From contig NC_086097.1 of the NCBI RefSeq assembly GCF_963921235.1, positions 235,974,001 to 236,038,000 on the forward strand: a stretch of 64,000 bases of DNA. Direction: 5' to 3'. This document shows, in pieces, positions 59,045 through 64,000 of this stretch. The stretch's first letter is position 1. Every line of letters begins with the position of its first letter. Made by a program: the position numbers and the translations under genes. Origin of the DNA: Mobula hypostoma. Taxonomy: Eukaryota. The notes beneath the pieces were generated by a model that saw nothing but the letters and a program-made list of their open reading frames with translations, ran no database searches and was not told where the DNA came from.

Positions 59045-61225
59045 GAATCTGAATCAAAATTAGGTTTAATATCACTAGCATATGTCATTAAATTGTTGTT
59101 TTGCGGTAGCAGTAGATTGCAGAGTATAATAAAAAAAGACCATAAATTACAATAAGTACAGTGTGTATATGAAATTAAATGCATAGTGCAATAAGAGAGA
59201 AGAAAAAAAAGTGAAGAAGTGTTCATGGGTTCATCGTCCATTCAGAAATCTGATGGCAGAGGGGAAGAAGCTGTTCCTGAAATGTTCAGTGTGTGTCTTC
59301 AAGATCCTATGATGGTAGCAGTGAGAAGAAGGCATGTCCTGGGTGATGGGGATCCTTAATTACAGATGCTGCCTTTTTGAGGCACCACCTTTAGATGGTG
59401 TCCTGGATGTTGGGGAGGCTAATGCCTTTTATGGAGTTAGATGAGATAACAATTTTCTGCAGCTTTTTACAATCCTGGACAGACTGCGATGCAACCAGTT
59501 AGAATGCTCTCTATGGTACAGCTACAGAAATAATGCAAATATTGTTGGTGAAACATCAATTCTCTAAATCCTGGGCCTCTGTACCTTGCTCTGCAACTGG
59601 ATCCTTGACCAAGAGACCACAGACAGTGCATAAATAACTCCTCCTTGCTGACAATCTCCAAATGAACTACAGCTACTGTCGGGCATTCTTTGTAATTACA
59701 TCAATATGTTGGGCCCAGAGTAGATCTTCAGAGCTGTTGACACCCAGGAACTTGAAACTACTCAACCTTTCCACCTCTAATCCCTCAGTGAACACTGATG
59801 TGTGTTCCCTTGAATTGCACTTCCTGAAGTCCACAATCAATTCCTTGGTCTTACTGATGTTGAGGTTGTTCTGACACCACTCCCAGCTAATCTATTTTAT
59901 TCCTGTCCACCTCCTTGTCATCATCTGAAATTCTGCCAACAATAGTTGTGTTTCAACTGAGCTTAGCCACACAATTGTGGGTGTAGAAAGAGTAAAGCAG
60001 GGTGCTAACAACAAACAACAACAGGAATTCTGCAGATGCTGGAAATTCAAGCAAGACACATCAAAGTTGCTGGTGAATGCAGCAGGCCAGGCAGCATCTC
60101 TAGGAAGAGGTACAGTCGCCGTTTCAGGCTGAGACCTTTCGTCACTCCCTTAAGGTGCACCAGTGTTGATTGTCAGCGAGGAGCAGATGCTGTTGCTGAT
60201 CTGCACTGACTGCGGTCTCTCTGTCAGGGATCCAGTCACAGAGTGAGGTACAGAGCCCCAGGATTTGGAGATAGTTCATTAGAACTGAGGGTATGATGGT
60301 GTTGAACAATGAGCTATAATCAATAAGTAACACCCTGACTTAGGTATTGCTATTGTCCAGGTGATCCAAGGCCAAGTGGACAGAGAGATTATATCCACTG
60401 TAGACCTACTTACTTTACTTTATACTTCATTGTCGCCAAACAATTGATACTAGAACATACAATTATCACAGCAATATTTGATACTGAACTTCCCGCTCCC
60501 TGGATTACAAATCGATAGTAAATATTACAACTTTAAATTATAAATCATAAATAGAAAATAGAAAAATGGAAAGTAAGGTAGTGCAAAAAAACCGAGAGGC
60601 AGGTCAGGATATTTGAAGGGTATGGCCCAGATCCGGGTCAGGATCCATTCAGCAGTCTTATTACAGTTGGAAAGAAGCTGTTCCCACATCTGGCCGTACG
60701 AGTCTTCAAGCTCCTGAGCCTTCTCCTGGAGGGAAGAAGGACAAAAAGTGTGTTGGCTGGGTGGGTCGTGGCGATAGGCAAATTGCAGTGGGTCCAAGTC
60801 GTTACTTAGGCAGGAGTAGATTCTAGCCACGATGAAACACTCAAAGAATTTCATCACACCACTGGACGATGGTCATTAGGGCAGCTCACCATGACCTTCT
60901 TGAGCACTGGTATGATTGTTGTGCTTTTGAAGCAGGTGGGAATCACTGACGCATTAGTGGGGGATTGAAGATGTTCTTTTACACTCCCACCAACTGGCTG
61001 GCACAGATTTTCAGAGCCCTACCAGGTACATCATCAGGGCCTGACTCCACATGAAGGTTCACCCTCTCTGAAGTTGGGCAGGTACAGATATCCCAGAGTT
61101 ATCAGAGGCTGGAGGGATTCGCACGGGTGTACTTTTATTCTACCAATCAAAGCATGCATAAAAGGCATTGAGCTCATCTGGGAGTGAAGCATCACACCCA
61201 TTCATGATGTTAGGTTTCACTTTGC
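59045..61225 (-). mobile_element. Old Rex1/Babar LINE with nested PLE (60008-60143) and Rex1 3' fragment (about 60410-60765)
   Basis: [38 protein letters not shown] motifs. Confidence 0.8.
60008..60143 (-). mobile_element. PLE solo pLTR fragment starting at the hammerhead core
   Basis: Reverse complement TGACGAAAGGTCTCAGCCTGAAACGGCGACTGTACCTCTTCC...CTGCAGAATTCCTGTTGTTG. Confidence 0.85.
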
Positions 61226-61226
61226 C

Positions 61227-61688
61227 CATAAGACCATAAGGCTATAAGATATAGGAATAAGATTAGACCACTGGGCCCATTGACTCTGCTCTGCTATTCC
61301 ATGATAGCTGATCCATTCTTCTGCTCAACACCAATATCCTGCCTTCACCCTGTCTCCCTTCATGCCCAGACTAATCAGGAATCTATCAACCTCTGGTTTA
61401 AATATACATAAAGACTTGGCTTTGACAGTTGCCCGTGGCAACCATGTCCAGTACTCTCTAGCTAAAGAAATACCTCTGCATCACCATTCTAAAAGAACAC
61501 CCCTCAATTTTGAGGTTGTCCTCTAGTCCCAGACTCTCCTGCCATAGGAAACAATTTCTCCACATCCATTCTATCAAGGCCTTTCACCAATTGATAGGCT
61601 TCTAATGTCCTGGATCAGCCAAGATGAAATGGTGGAGCAGACTCGATGGGCCCAATGGCCTAATTCTGCTCCTATATCTTATGGTCTT
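61227..61688. mobile_element. Inverted pair of CR1 3' ends
   Basis: Minus copy 61227-61605 abuts plus copy 61606-61688; each ends in (ATGGTCTT). Confidence 0.7.
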
Positions 61689-63217
61689 AAAGTATTAAGC
61701 TAGGTTACTGCAGAGTTTATAGGGACAGCTAAAAAACAAGACTGGCCTAGATTTTCCCAAAACTTCTAATGGCTCCATGTGGAATTTCCTGCATTTCCCC
61801 AACACTAACAGAAGAAATTCATCTCACTTAACTTCCGGCAGAAATAGGCACTTCATTTCTTTCAAGGGATGGGAATCCTATTAAGTCTAAAATAATTCAA
61901 ATTGATTGTGTTTATTGAGATTTGGAATTGTTTAAAAGTGATTTTCTTGTCTTAATTTTTTATTCTACTTTTGATATTTTAAAAAGTTGCTTGACTATTC
62001 TTAAAAAAATTTGAATATTGCAGAAAGTGAAATTTCACTCAAAAATATTCTATGTCTTTGGGCCGAAACCCTACATCAGGACTTGAAAGAAAGAAGGCAG
62101 AAGTTTGGTTGGATGAAGGTTGTACATTCTCCCCATGACAACGTGGGTTTCCTCTGCGTGCTCTGCTTCCCTCCCAAATTCCAAAGTCATATGGGGTAGT
62201 AGTTTAATTATTCACATGTGTAATTGGATGTTGTGGGCTTGTTGAGCTGGAAGGGCCTGCTACAATACAGCATCTCTAAACACTGAACAACTAGGATTTC
62301 CATATAGTTGGATAAAGTCCAAGTCAATTTTATCGTCATATGTACAAGCACATATATGCACAGGTGCAATAAAAATGTGTAATTCAGCGGTATCAGAGGC
62401 ACATAGCATCAGAAAAGCAGCATACGCAAGAAAAAATATAAATTAAACCATTTGTACAGAGTTTTTCAAGGAAGTTCATAAGGAAAAGAAACAAAATGTC
62501 CATTGGAGTTCAAAGTGATCAAAATGGTTAATGTTGCTATAGTGATGTAGGACAGGAGATCATTTAATGTTTTATTGTATGCTCTTCTATTTCCTTGAAT
62601 TAATTTACCTCAGATAGTTTACAGCGTAAAAATCTGCTTTATCAAGGCTAGCATTCTCTGAAGGAATTTAAATTTATGTAATAATATAATCTAAAGACAT
62701 TAGTGCATTAGCCCCTCGAGCTTTCTTTCAGTAAGGAGACTAAAACTGTCCACTATAGGTTGAGTGGCATCTATGAGATGAAAGGAACCATTTTACCTCA
62801 CAGAAGCTGAGTTCCACAGAGTTCCTCCAGCAGATTGTTCGTTACTCCAGATTCCAGCGTTTCAGCCTCTCGTGTCTCAGTGAATGAACACAATGCTTTG
62901 AGCTGTGACTTCACACAAGACATGTACGCTTGCAGTAAGACTTGTTTGATTTTTCTCTCTTCCCTTGCATGAATAGCAAAGCGATCTCAACCTTCTTAAT
63001 CGTTAAACCTCCCTCACGTAAAGAGACAAGTCCCTCTGCATGAGGTGGAGGATAAATGCGTGGCTGAGGGATTGGACAGGGGGCAGGGATTCAAGTTTTT
63101 GGATCATTGGGACCTCTTTTGGCGCAGGTGTGACCTGTACAAAAAGGACGGGTTACACTTAAATCCTAGGGGGACCAATATCCTGGCAGGGAGATTAGCG
63201 GGGGCTACTGAGGTGAC

Positions 63218-63227
63218 TTTAAACTAG
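63218..63227 (+). promoter_or_regulatory. Candidate -1 ribosomal frameshift site T_TTA_AAC followed by the ORF1 stop
   Basis: X_XXY_YYZ heptamer in correct phase; also at 17805-17811, 25318-25324 and 53270-53276 (-). Confidence 0.6.
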
Positions 63228-64000
63228 AATGGTTGGGGGGTGGGAATCAAATTAAAGCGGCTAGGTGTGAGGAGGTTAGTTCACAACAGAGGGATGGGAA
63301 CCAGTGCAGAGAGACAGAGGGGTGTAAAGTGAGTGTAGAAGCAAAAAGTACAAAGGGGAAAAGTAAAAGTGGCAGGCCGACAAATCCAGGGCAAGCATTA
63401 AAAAGGGCTAAGAGAGTTGTAAAAGAGCGCCTGAAGGCTTTATGTGTCAATGCAAGGAGCATTCGTAATAAGGTGGATGAATTGAAAGTGCAGATTGTTA
63501 TTAATGATTATGATATAGTTGGGATCACAGAGACATGGCTCCAGGGTGACCAGGGATGGGAGCTCAACGTTCAGGGATATTCAATATTCAGGAGGGATAG
63601 ACATGAAGGAAGGGGAGGTGGGGTGGCATTGCTGGTTAAAAAAGAGATTAACGCAATAGAAAGGAAGGACATAAGCCGGGAAGATGTGGAATCGATATGG
63701 GTAGAGCTGCGTAACACTAAGGGGCAGAAGATGCTGGTGGGAGTTGTGTACAGGCCACCTAACAGTAGCAGTGAGGTCGGAGATGGTATTAAACAGGAAA
63801 TTAGAAATGTGTGCAATAAAGGAACAGCAGTTATAATGGGTGACTTCAATCTACATGTAGACTGGGTGAACCAAATTGGTAAAGGTGCTGAGGAAGAGGA
63901 TTTCTTGGAATGTATGCGGGATGGTTTTTTGAACCAACATGTCGAGGAACCGACTAGAGAGCAGGCTATTCTGGACTGGGTTTTGAGCAATGAGGAAGGG
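63218..64000 (+). CDS. CR1 ORF2 N-terminus (linker plus APE endonuclease), open to the window end
   Basis: 261 stop-free codons by manual translation: FKLEWLGGGN...LKALCVNARS..GITETW..GGGVALL..VVYRPPNS..MGDFN..ILDWVL; absent from the ORF track, apparently because it has no stop in the window. Confidence 0.9.

Larger units (their letters stand above)
63040..64000 (+). mobile_element. Young CR1 LINE: end of ORF1 and start of ORF2; continues beyond the window
   Basis: FLDHWDLFW..DGLHLNPRGTNILAGR..TLN*; uninterrupted APE domain follows. Confidence 0.95.

Noticed and set aside
63571..63990. 139-aa minus-strand ORF
   Set aside because: Antisense shadow of the CR1 endonuclease frame on the plus strand

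Overview
Eukaryotic, transposon-saturated intergenic or intronic DNA. The repeat repertoire (CR1 LINEs, V-domain tRNA-SINEs, Rex1/Babar, Neptune- and Poseidon-type Penelope-like elements) suggests a cartilaginous fish, probably a ray or skate; this is an inference. I recognise no host protein-coding exon, rRNA, tRNA gene or CRISPR array. Most of the window is nested mobile DNA: many CR1 copies (two near full length), Rex1/Babar LINEs (one with an intact 670-aa RT ORF), RTE, L2 and HERO fragments, two decayed Gypsy LTR elements, two solo LTRs, an IR/DR-type Tc1, a composite hAT MITE and three Penelope-like families carrying minimal hammerhead ribozymes. Highlights: (1) all four CR1 ORF1/ORF2 junctions carry a correctly phased U_UUA_AAC slippery heptamer right at the end of ORF1, and in the youngest copy the -1 frame runs into the endonuclease with no AUG for 171 codons, a candidate programmed -1 ribosomal frameshift in a vertebrate LINE; (2) palindromic, hammerhead-bearing Penelope mini-insertions with consistent 14-15 bp target duplications; (3) a non-autonomous bipartite Rex1 derivative present twice with the same deletion junction. 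Ends are exact where a TSD or TIR is quoted and approximate otherwise. Family names come from motif recognition, not database searches.
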